A DNA stretch of 41,190 nt, from IMG/VR virus record IMGVR_UViG_3300017655_000277, positions 1 through 41,190 of that record; one strand, 5' to 3'. The stretch is from a virus. Lineage: Duplodnaviria; Caudoviricetes. Positions 16,972 through 25,165 of the stretch are shown one piece after another (the first letter of the stretch is position 1; each line of letters starts with the position of its first letter). The position numbers were made by a program, and so were the translations under genes. The notes under the pieces are model-generated. The model saw only the letters and a program-made list of their open reading frames with translations. It did no database searches and was not told the DNA's origin.

Positions 16972-17945
16972 AAAAAGTACACATTAGAATCATCCAACCC
17001 CTCGTTAATCTTTGCCATCGGCGCTACCTCATGATCCGGCGCACCCTCAAACGTCGCCCGGTTCGCGTTAAGGAACTTGCGCAGCCGTTCCAGTTCCGCC
17101 TCGCCTTCCGAGACTAGCCGCGTCAACAGCCCCGCCATCACCCGGGGCTGCACCACGCTACGCGCCTCGATGTTATCGCTGGTGCTACTCAGCGCCGCCT
17201 CGCTCAGCTGGAAAACACCATCTTTGCCCACTTCCACCATTTGGTAAGGAAGCGCATCCGCCAGCGCCAGCGGCCCCAGCGCCCGCAGCACCTGCTCCAA
17301 CAGTTCCTGCCACTTGCCATCCAAGTCACCGCCGTCGCCATTCTTGCGCGACTTTAATTCCGTCCACACCGCACTACCCAGTACCGGCGCCAGCACATCA
17401 ATCTCCGTTTTGCGGATTTCCGGCCGCAGCCGCTGATACAGATCAGGCGAAACATTCACCTTGCTATACAGCGCGAACTCAAACGAGTAATCCACGAAAA
17501 GCGCCATGTACCGCGCCCGCTCTTCGCTCGCCTTCCATCCCGGGAAAGCCACCGCATCAGCTTCCATTTGTGCCACGCACTTTTCAAAATAGCCCCAGCC
17601 CACCTTGTGCCGATCCCTTTTAAACGCCACGATCTTCTTATCACTCGCGGGGAGGTTACGGTCGCTCTTCGTCACATGCATCCCCGCATCAGATATCAGC
17701 ATCGCCCCGCTACTAGCATACGCCGCCAGCGCCAAGTTTACCGCCGCCGCCCGTATATACACCGTAGCAATATGATCAGGGAGCGCCACCAGCTCATCCT
17801 TTGCCAACTTCCCGATCAGCAGTATAAAATCGCTCTCCACCTCCAGCAGAAACGAGCCCAAACTATCGATACTCAAATCAACAGTAACCGCGCTAACGGC
17901 CGCCTTCAGCTGCTCATCCGTCGTTACCCAAATCATCGCCGCCAC
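16968..17945 (-). CDS. Putative head-tail adaptor (DUF6712-like), 325 aa
   Basis: Helical protein with internal two-fold repeat (AAVNLALAAY...ISDAG / ALGPLALADA...VGKDG), downstream of the portal. Confidence 0.55.
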   Translation of the reverse strand: MAAMIWVTTDEQLKAAVSAVTVDLSIDSLGSFLLEVESDFILLIGKLAKDELVALPDHIATVYIRAAAVNLALAAYASSGAMLISDAGMHVTKSDRNLPASDKKIVAFKRDRHKVGWGYFEKCVAQMEADAVAFPGWKASEERARYMALFVDYSFEFALYSKVNVSPDLYQRLRPEIRKTEIDVLAPVLGSAVWTELKSRKNGDGGDLDGKWQELLEQVLRALGPLALADALPYQMVEVGKDGVFQLSEAALSSTSDNIEARSVVQPRVMAGLLTRLVSEGEAELERLRKFLNANRATFEGAPDHEVAPMAKINEGLDDSNVYFL

Positions 17946-18388
17946 CCCCTTTCAATCGCCCGGCGCCCCTTCCATTTGCCGCGACTTTCCGAAGCCACGA
18001 CAAACTCACTTTTAGCCATCGGAACATCCTTCAGTCGATCTGCGATAGGTTCACCGCCAGGAAGGAACTCGCCTAAATATTCTCTCCGAAAATCTTCGGG
18101 GGAGCGTTCGCACATCTTGTCTAACACAGACGCCAAAGATGAATCCACTTCAAAAGATAAGTGGTCAACTTCATCTACAGCTATGTGCGTGGGCTTGCGG
18201 CCATTCAACTCCGCGATGTGCACCACTTTTACATTCGCTAAGTTCCCCGCTTGGGCAATTATCCGCCCCAGCTCTTCAACTTGCGCCGCGTCGGATAAAA
18301 AAAGCAGCACGGTCGACCCTGACCGGCGCTGATCCATCATCTTGAGCTTGTCCAGCTCAGTAGCGACATCCCATTTAGTTGTGTTCAT
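17933..18388 (-). CDS. Hypothetical 151-aa protein with terminase-ATPase-like motif remnants (start revised to MNTTKW)
   Basis: ATG 1 nt after the portal stop; RRSGST, THIAVDEVD and FRREYLGEF motifs. Confidence 0.6.
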   Translation of the reverse strand: MNTTKWDVATELDKLKMMDQRRSGSTVLLFLSDAAQVEELGRIIAQAGNLANVKVVHIAELNGRKPTHIAVDEVDHLSFEVDSSLASVLDKMCERSPEDFRREYLGEFLPGGEPIADRLKDVPMAKSEFVVASESRGKWKGRRAIERGWRR

Positions 18389-18389
18389 A

Positions 18390-19739
18390 TCAGTTAGTTG
18401 TTTCTTTAGCCGTCTTATGAGATTTATCCAGCGTTTCCAGCTCAATCTCCACCATCCGAAAGCACAGCCCGGGGTGTTTTGCCTTCCAGCCGTTATACTC
18501 CGCAATGAAATCCAGCGGCTCCAGTATCACATCACGGTATGGTTGCTGTAAAGCGACGTAGATATTGAAAGCCACACGCTTATCAGAGCCACTACCGCCG
18601 CCCATCTTCTTACCGGGACCATCGCCCACCAACGTCGGGTCAACCCCCAGCGCGCGCATCAGATGCTCACTGGCCTCGCGGCTATCTTCCAAGTGTTCCC
18701 CTGATAACTCATGCCGCTCAATTTTCTCAATCTTCCATTCCGGCAAATCATTGCCCGCCCGATCCTTCCCAAATTCCGTCAAGATTGTTTTACCGGCATT
18801 TTCCTCACCCGTCAACGTCTTGTTAATGTGCGCCAGCTTTTCTTGCTTTTTCTCCTTTTGCTCCTGAGGTGATAGTTTATCCCAATCCTTGTAAGTAGCT
18901 GGCCAATAAGCAATCGGGATTGATAGTTTGTACAGCGCTGAAAACACGCGCTTCATTTGGTTTTCTTTTGATTTAGGAATTTTACGGGCCACGCTCTCCC
19001 ATCCGCTCACCAAATAGCCGTTCCACTTTGCCAGCTGATAATACACCTTGCCCGGCGATGGATACGACACTGGGTAAATAAACGTAGTCGCCTGGCTCTT
19101 CCTAACCAAATCAATACGCTCATTACTGTAGGGATCAATAACCGGCAGTTTTACCGTTTCCTTATCATCCGGCCTCGCATCCGGCCAGTTCGCATTGATG
19201 TAGCACTTATCTACGATCCCCTTGTTGTTTTGCTTCCCCCACCGGCAAAAGCTCGCATCCTGCGTGCCCAGGTAAGCAATCTTATCGCCGCCTTTCGCTT
19301 TAATCAGCTCCGGGAAAACGTTCCAAAACCAAAAGAAATCTGTGGGGGCCTCGCGCATATAGCGCTTAAATGCGATATCGCTTAAAAAGTTGGTGATCTC
19401 CTCATCTTCCACGTACTCATACTCCAGCTTGCGCGTTTCCGGATTCCACTTCTTGATGAACGGAAGTACCTCGCGTCCCTGAAGTGCCCGCGCCATCCAG
19501 TCCAGCAATGAAGGTAGTTCCGTGCTACGCTCATTCGCTTCGATAATCAACTGCGGGAAATCGTTATCCTCTCCCCAACGCGCTATCTCTTCGCTCGATT
19601 GCTGTTTTTTCTTCGGGCTCACCGGTTGCTTTTTCAACGGATCGAGATTGACCGGCGTACCCATTTCCACCAGTATCTCCCCGCCAGCTATCAGCGCCAA
19701 ATCATCCGTTACAAACTCAACCCCGTTGTTTTTTGCCAT
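18390..19739 (-). CDS. Portal protein, 449 aa
   Basis: WGEDNDFPQ, YYQLAKW, LTGEENAGK, ALGVDPTLVG and GSGSDKRVAF motifs typical of Bacteroidota phage portals. Confidence 0.88.
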   Translation of the reverse strand: MAKNNGVEFVTDDLALIAGGEILVEMGTPVNLDPLKKQPVSPKKKQQSSEEIARWGEDNDFPQLIIEANERSTELPSLLDWMARALQGREVLPFIKKWNPETRKLEYEYVEDEEITNFLSDIAFKRYMREAPTDFFWFWNVFPELIKAKGGDKIAYLGTQDASFCRWGKQNNKGIVDKCYINANWPDARPDDKETVKLPVIDPYSNERIDLVRKSQATTFIYPVSYPSPGKVYYQLAKWNGYLVSGWESVARKIPKSKENQMKRVFSALYKLSIPIAYWPATYKDWDKLSPQEQKEKKQEKLAHINKTLTGEENAGKTILTEFGKDRAGNDLPEWKIEKIERHELSGEHLEDSREASEHLMRALGVDPTLVGDGPGKKMGGGSGSDKRVAFNIYVALQQPYRDVILEPLDFIAEYNGWKAKHPGLCFRMVEIELETLDKSHKTAKETTN

Positions 19740-20044
19740 TATTGTGCTACCCTCATTCCGTTGAATCGCGTTACCAGCAACGCGTGAATCTTTATAATCC
19801 GGTCGCTGTCTGCATGCCGGATGTTCCTGGTATAATTTCCGTAGTGCTGCGGATCACGACTACCGCGCTTGTTTTTCGAACTGGGACCGCCAAGCAGTAC
19901 TGCGCGATCGAGCGTAATTTTCTTACCACCAGTCCCCAGCTTTTCGTCGCAGGTCACGAACGTGATCGAGAAAGGAATCAGCTCACCATCCGCGCCACGC
20001 ATGGCCATCGTATTGAGCATATCTTTCACCTTAATGATCTCCAT
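19739..20044 (-). CDS. Small conserved phage protein upstream of the portal (start revised to MEIIKV)
   Basis: ATG lies 4 nt after the late-promoter motif; PFSITFVT...PQH..NYTRNI...FNG pattern. Confidence 0.7.
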   Translation of the reverse strand: MEIIKVKDMLNTMAMRGADGELIPFSITFVTCDEKLGTGGKKITLDRAVLLGGPSSKNKRGSRDPQHYGNYTRNIRHADSDRIIKIHALLVTRFNGMRVAQ

Positions 20045-20085
20045 GCCCCAAAAGTCCCCCCTCGCGCGCACGGACGAAAGGACAC
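20045..20085 (-). promoter_or_regulatory. Putative late promoter copy 4
   Basis: Minus strand reads GTGTCCTTT-N20-GACTTTTG-GGGC-ATG(20044). Confidence 0.75.
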
Positions 20086-20299
20086 GAAACAGGGAAAGTC
20101 CAGCGACGCACATTTGTGCACGATTTTTTGAGGCAAAAGTTTCATGGCCAAAACCTTACCCGTGAAAACTGAAAATTTTTAGCGCAGTGACACACAGTTG
20201 ACCCCGCCACGCCCTATCCGAAAGGGAAAGCTTTCCGTGCACTTTTGACGATATATGAATAGGGGGGTGGGGGTGGGGCGCTCCCCGCTCTTCGCGTTC

Positions 20300-21931
20300 C
20301 TAAGCTATCAGCAGATCGGTAACTGGTAGGTCATAGCCATAATCAAATTGGAACTTGCCAATGTAGAGGGTGTCAAGCGCGTCGGTTAGGTGCGGTGCAT
20401 CTTCGGGCTTTACCTTGCTGTTTTGTTCGGGGCGCTTATCTTTCTCCACGCCATTGCGCCCCTGTCTGGTACCGCATGCCTGCATGGCCGTGATTAGGTT
20501 ATCATTGTTTTGCCGGTTGAAGCGTACCGATTGGAAACGATGATCTTTTTCCTTCAGCACTTCCTCCCACATCCGGTAACGCGTTTCGTGCATTGGCTGC
20601 TGGCCAATGTCGATACCACGCACATGCCAGCCATTCGCTTGGAACTGATCCATCACGATCTCAGATAATGTTTTGAGACGCGTAGCGTCCGTTACCTTTG
20701 CGGTGTGATCATAGAAGTAATTAACATCGTGACAATCGTGCGGTTTGTAGTACTCGCAAAACTCATCCACCAAATCCGTCAGTATCTTACCTTGCTCGCG
20801 GGTAACAAACATCGACTTCAATACGCGGTATGCGCGATTGGTATCCTGCCCACATACCAATGATTTGATCTTGCTATTGTAGTCGAATGACACATCAATG
20901 GCTTTGCCTTTAATCAGATCAGCATCCTTCCGGCAATCAGATAGCGCATCCGGTGGTAAGTGTAGCCCCAGACCCTCGATGTAACTGTAGTCGTACTCGT
21001 TATAGCAATGGTGATCGGTATCCAGCAGGTGGTAAAAACCATCATCAATCAAAAATATCTTTTCGTTAAGGATAGCTGCTTTGAAAACCGGGGTAATCAT
21101 TTCCCGCCGCCATTGCAGTATCTGCTCTTCGCCCAGGATGGCTAGGTTTTCTAAGCTGCTGGCCTCGGAATAATAAACCGGGTACTCCGACCGTGCCGCA
21201 TGCAATGCCCGGTTATACTCCGATATCCTGCGGTTTAAATACTTAATTTGTCCCTTTCTTAGATTCTTTTGCAGGCGCTTTTGTAACAGTTTGTTTTGCT
21301 CATATTGGAGCATCGCGATCTCCGCGATGCCACGCGTATCCATCTGCTCCACCTTATCCAGTATCCAGCGCCCACGCGGATCGCGCGGCATGTCTGTAAA
21401 CATGGTCACGGCGTGGTGGAAGGGTAGATGGCTAAAGTGGTCGAGGTTACCCCGGTTGATCGGCGCGATATCGTCTACGTATCGCTCGTGGTTTAAAAAG
21501 CGAGCTTCGTCGCATACAATAGCATCGAGCGTCTTACCATTGGCGAGTCCCGGCTTATCCTGGCTTATCAAATGAAAAACGTGGCCATTCCACCAAAATA
21601 TAGAGTATTCCGGGTGTAGAACTTTGTACAACGGCTTCGGGATGAGCAACCTATCTTGTGGCCGTGTGCGCACCCAAAAATGTATGCCTTCATGGTATCC
21701 ACGATCTTCCCACGCCTTCAGTAATGGTGGCAATGTACGGTCCAGCAACTGCATGTACGTCGTGCCCACAATACCGGTAGCCCCCCTGGGCATCGCATTG
21801 GCGAACCGTATGGTACGGTCAGCAATGGGACCTTGCGTTTTTCCGGTACCGCGCCCCCACACGCCGTACTCTTCCTTGCACTGGGTGTACCATGACCGTT
21901 TCTGCGGATCGTTAAGATAGATTTCGGCCAT
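20300..21931 (-). CDS. terL: Terminase large subunit
   Basis: Walker A WGRGTGKT, Walker B AIVCDEA, nuclease-domain acidic motifs SFDYN, YYDHT-like FYDHT and HLTDALD. Confidence 0.92.
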   Translation of the reverse strand: MAEIYLNDPQKRSWYTQCKEEYGVWGRGTGKTQGPIADRTIRFANAMPRGATGIVGTTYMQLLDRTLPPLLKAWEDRGYHEGIHFWVRTRPQDRLLIPKPLYKVLHPEYSIFWWNGHVFHLISQDKPGLANGKTLDAIVCDEARFLNHERYVDDIAPINRGNLDHFSHLPFHHAVTMFTDMPRDPRGRWILDKVEQMDTRGIAEIAMLQYEQNKLLQKRLQKNLRKGQIKYLNRRISEYNRALHAARSEYPVYYSEASSLENLAILGEEQILQWRREMITPVFKAAILNEKIFLIDDGFYHLLDTDHHCYNEYDYSYIEGLGLHLPPDALSDCRKDADLIKGKAIDVSFDYNSKIKSLVCGQDTNRAYRVLKSMFVTREQGKILTDLVDEFCEYYKPHDCHDVNYFYDHTAKVTDATRLKTLSEIVMDQFQANGWHVRGIDIGQQPMHETRYRMWEEVLKEKDHRFQSVRFNRQNNDNLITAMQACGTRQGRNGVEKDKRPEQNSKVKPEDAPHLTDALDTLYIGKFQFDYGYDLPVTDLLIA

Positions 21932-22611
21932 TAGACTTCCTCCTCTTCCACATTTTCATCATCAACCGTTTCAGCATCTTCTACGAGTGTCTCAATGAAT
22001 CCCTTTTTGAGCTTTTTCATCAGTCGGGCCTTGATGTCCTCCACCGGCTCATCCAGTGCGGGAAAGCCAAGCTTAGACGGATCATCGACCAGTATGGGGT
22101 CCGTCGGAATGTACTCGCTCGGATCAAGCAAATCCATTTGGAAGGTTCGCAGCTGCTTGATTTGATTGAGCTCTTTGAAAATAGCTGCAGCTGCGCGGAA
22201 GTCGCCAGCAGCTTCCGCACGGGCCATCATTTCCTCGCCGGTCTCAATGGCCATGCCACGAGCAATCTCACGATCCTGCGACGTTTCGAAACTGTGAAAG
22301 AAGCGCTGGGCCATCTCGACATCCAAATATGCCTGGCGGATAGAAATCCCGAACTCCGATTGAAGCCATTCAACAATCTCGCGCTTTTTATAGGGACGCT
22401 TGAATGAAAACACGTAAGATTCCCCCCCCGAATTATATCGCTTTTCTTCGTGCAGCTTCTTTTCGCGTACCAACGTGTCTACCCGCCTCATGCGGGTAAG
22501 TAGTGCTTTGTCTGTTGCCCGAAGCTGGTCAACCTTATTCGACAAATGCGCTTTATAGATGCGGCCCAATGGACCATCAATATCAACGTCCTTTGCCCGT
22601 ATCAAACTCAT
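21931..22611 (-). CDS. Putative terminase small subunit, 226 aa
   Basis: HTH-like EFGISIRQAYLD segment, helical oligomerisation-like region and acidic tail; stop overlaps the terL start. Confidence 0.6.
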   Translation of the reverse strand: MSLIRAKDVDIDGPLGRIYKAHLSNKVDQLRATDKALLTRMRRVDTLVREKKLHEEKRYNSGGESYVFSFKRPYKKREIVEWLQSEFGISIRQAYLDVEMAQRFFHSFETSQDREIARGMAIETGEEMMARAEAAGDFRAAAAIFKELNQIKQLRTFQMDLLDPSEYIPTDPILVDDPSKLGFPALDEPVEDIKARLMKKLKKGFIETLVEDAETVDDENVEEEEV

Positions 22612-23219
22612 AGACCACTCCTTTCTCTACGCAGCTCTTCGAGCCTAGCACGCTTGCGTGCCAGCAAATGCGTCGTTTTTTCGCGGTTCCTTAAATTAGG
22701 CTGTAGCAGCCTTTTTTCGGCTTTGCAGATTTGCACGTACAACCGCTGCATTTCCGGTGTCTTATGCTCTTTAGGCGGGGCTACAGGCATGGGAGCGCCA
22801 TGCTCTTCCATGTAATCCAGCTCCGCGAAAAATTCCTGCTTGCGTCGCTGCAGGCGAAGTATTTGTTTGGCGGCTTTGTAGCGCGTATCGTCGGACCGGC
22901 ACGTGTCTAGCAAATACATATTTCGGTCGATCTGCCTAAACACCTGGTCACGATCGCGGCAAAGCTTCAGGTAGATCGGGCTGGTGATCACTTTCTCGTG
23001 ATCCATTTCTGAGGTAGTGGCTTCCGCTGGTGGCAGATCAGGATGGGTAGCATCTTCAGGCACCAAGCTAGCCAGCTCTTCCCAAAGCTTCGTTCGGGTA
23101 TACTGGCTGGATCCACCTGCGAAAAGTTGCTTTAGAAAGTCACTGGTGCCGAACTTTTCATAAAGTGCGACACCAGTGGGATAATCTTGATTTTCGAGCC
23201 ATGCGCGTATTTCCTGCAT
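22608..23219 (-). CDS. Hypothetical helical protein heading the terminase operon, 203 aa
   Basis: IRAWL...DY..GVALY N-terminal motif; ATG 4 nt after the late-promoter motif. Confidence 0.7.
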   Translation of the reverse strand: MQEIRAWLENQDYPTGVALYEKFGTSDFLKQLFAGGSSQYTRTKLWEELASLVPEDATHPDLPPAEATTSEMDHEKVITSPIYLKLCRDRDQVFRQIDRNMYLLDTCRSDDTRYKAAKQILRLQRRKQEFFAELDYMEEHGAPMPVAPPKEHKTPEMQRLYVQICKAEKRLLQPNLRNREKTTHLLARKRARLEELRRERSGL

Positions 23220-23260
23220 GACTCAAAAATCCTAAAGGGAAAGTGTGGGGGAAAGGACAC
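23220..23260 (-). promoter_or_regulatory. Putative late promoter copy 5
   Basis: Minus strand reads GTGTCCTTT-N20-GATTTTTG-AGTC-ATG(23219). Confidence 0.75.
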
Positions 23261-23310
23261 TTGGTAGATGTTAAACTTGTATATTTGCTTAAGCTATTAA
23301 TTATAAATCT

Positions 23311-23937
23311 ATGTTTAACTTTTACTTTGACTCTTCATCTAGTGAATTATTATTGCAATTAATTACCACAATTGCATCTTTTCTCACGATGGTAATTGCT
23401 GCTATCGCTCTTTTTGCGTGGAAACAACAAAAAAAGTATGACCTAGTAATAGACGCAAAGGCAAAAGCCGGTTCTGTTATTGAATATATAGCATTTATTA
23501 GGGGGCCTTTCAATAATTACCATTTAGTTGAGTTAGAATCATTTTTCCAGAAAGCTATAGACGAAAAAAATAATGGGCAAAAAAACACATTAAATTATGT
23601 AATTAAAAACTATAAAAGGTTTGATAATTTTTACATTGAAATAGTCGATATAAGTGAAAGACTGAAGTCGTCATTTGGAAAAAAAAACCCATTAGTAAAG
23701 TTCTATTCATTTGCCGTAACGGCTGGTAAAAATATCGAGCAGCTAAAATCTATTAGGGAATCCTACTTCGAATTTTCAGCCGAAAGTGGACATTCCGAGC
23801 AAACTATTAAAGAAGTTGTATCAGGGCTTGATGCTCAAATTTTTGCAACCCCTAATGAGCCTGACGATATAAATGACAATCTTCGAGAATTATTCTCCCA
23901 CGTAGAGAACTTTAGATTGAAGTGGTATCATATTTAA
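23311..23937 (+). CDS. AT-rich moron: N-terminally membrane-anchored protein, 208 aa
   Basis: Opposite strand to its neighbours and visibly low GC; TM helix LITTIASFLTMVIAAIALFAWKQQ; own TATATTTG box at 23280-23287. Confidence 0.8.
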   Translation: MFNFYFDSSSSELLLQLITTIASFLTMVIAAIALFAWKQQKKYDLVIDAKAKAGSVIEYIAFIRGPFNNYHLVELESFFQKAIDEKNNGQKNTLNYVIKNYKRFDNFYIEIVDISERLKSSFGKKNPLVKFYSFAVTAGKNIEQLKSIRESYFEFSAESGHSEQTIKEVVSGLDAQIFATPNEPDDINDNLRELFSHVENFRLKWYHI

Positions 23938-23939
23938 AC

Positions 23940-23966
23940 AAAAAAACCACCGCTTCCCAGCGGTGG
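23940..23966 (-). terminator. Rho-independent terminator of the capsid/tube operon
   Basis: CCACCGCT-tccc-AGCGGTGG perfect stem with an A-run on its left (U-tail for the minus strand). Confidence 0.8.
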
Positions 23967-23994
23967 CTCCAAACTAACCAAAAAAAGCACACAC

Positions 23995-24198
23995 CTATTC
24001 CTTATCCTTCGCCGTGGAAGGTTTCTTTTCAATCTTACGCAAGTACCTAGTACCCGCTTTGATCAACGCCTCTGCCTTTTCTTTTGTGAGCCTGCGAAAA
24101 TCAATCCGACCGATCCGGCTTTCCAAAATCGGCGATGTGGTATTTACCACTTCGTAGCTGCCAGCAAGATCAGCTGGCAAAGAGAATTTCACTGCCAT
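23995..24198 (-). CDS. Small basic hypothetical protein, 67 aa
   Basis: ATG 3 nt after the tube gene stop; GRIDFRRLTKEKAEALIKAG. Confidence 0.7.
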   Translation of the reverse strand: MAVKFSLPADLAGSYEVVNTTSPILESRIGRIDFRRLTKEKAEALIKAGTRYLRKIEKKPSTAKDKE

Positions 24199-24201
24199 AG
24201 T

Positions 24202-24762
24202 CTATCCTCCGGGTGCAGGGGCTGGAAATTCCCCTTTGTAAACGAAAAGTGGCATATGGCTGAAGCCTTGGAAATTGATTCGAATACCAGGCTCGCCAGT
24301 AGGACCTACACCGGTACCGAACGTGCCCCCAGGAATGGGACGTGCCAAAATCTCCTCCGAGCCAATTTGCAACCAATCACCGCCAAAGGTGCGTTTAAAC
24401 AACACGATTCCGCGGTAATTCTTAATTGCACCTGCGCTACCAAGATTCTTTGCCGACAATTGTGGCATAAAGGTTTCCAGCGTAGCTTGGAAAACACTGC
24501 TCAAAATCTCACCGTCCATCGAACCGTTCACGCCCGACTTGTCAGTCAGCACATCCAATGCAATGGGAGCCTTACCCTCCTTTAAAATGTGATCATTTTC
24601 GATCGTCACCAAGCTTTCCGCGGTCGTGCCGTCCGCAGCTGGCTTCCCCCATGTCTCTATATAAGAGCTGGGGATAAAGTAAGCCTTTTCCTGAATACCG
24701 CTGGCGTTTTCCAAGCCATCTTGAAAGCCAAGCGCGATATCCATTATACTATTATAATCCAT
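24202..24762 (-). CDS. Putative major tail (tube) protein, 186 aa
   Basis: Gly-rich beta-type protein (N.SGI..KAYF...QIGS...GTG) downstream of the capsid gene; call rests on resemblance and context. Confidence 0.6.
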   Translation of the reverse strand: MDYNSIMDIALGFQDGLENASGIQEKAYFIPSSYIETWGKPAADGTTAESLVTIENDHILKEGKAPIALDVLTDKSGVNGSMDGEILSSVFQATLETFMPQLSAKNLGSAGAIKNYRGIVLFKRTFGGDWLQIGSEEILARPIPGGTFGTGVGPTGEPGIRINFQGFSHMPLFVYKGEFPAPAPGG

Positions 24763-24790
24763 GTTTTACGGTTTTAAAATCGTTCAACCA

Positions 24791-25108
24791 TTATTTAATC
24801 GCCGTCAGCGCACCGCTTTCAGCCTTCACCAATGATTGCAGCAGCTTCCCATCTTCCGCTACTTGCTGTTTGGTTTTTCCGTTCACGCCGAAATTGACCA
24901 CGTACTTTTGTTTCCCAACGGCGGCTATGACTTGCGCTGGTTTGCCCGTCGAAGCATCTTCCAGCTTCGCAGTAAGCTCCTCTACCACACCCTTAGCCGT
25001 AGAAAAATCTTTAGCCTGTGCGTCGTATTTTCCCTTCAATTCGGTATGAACACCCTGCAATCTGTCGTAGGCTTCTTGCGCCTCTTCAATTGTTTTAAAC
25101 TTTTGCAT
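24791..25108 (-). CDS. Hypothetical protein, 105 aa (start revised to MQKFKT)
   Basis: Coiled-coil N-half; AT-rich leader; the longer track start runs through a hairpin. Confidence 0.7.
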   Translation of the reverse strand: MQKFKTIEEAQEAYDRLQGVHTELKGKYDAQAKDFSTAKGVVEELTAKLEDASTGKPAQVIAAVGKQKYVVNFGVNGKTKQQVAEDGKLLQSLVKAESGALTAIK

Positions 25109-25140
25109 CTTTTTATCAGTAAAAAAGTATCGAAAAGTTA

Positions 25141-25156
25141 CCCGGCCGAAGCCGGG
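25141..25156 (-). other. Stable cUUCGg tetraloop hairpin just after the capsid gene
   Basis: Minus strand CCCGGC-TTCG-GCCGGG followed by T-rich sequence; likely mRNA stabiliser or partial terminator. Confidence 0.6.
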
Positions 25157-25165
25157 CAACGTTTA

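Noticed and set aside
20262-20278. G-quadruplex
   Set aside because: Only three clear G-runs, so a canonical intramolecular three-tier G4 is not well supported; kept only as part of the candidate packaging region.
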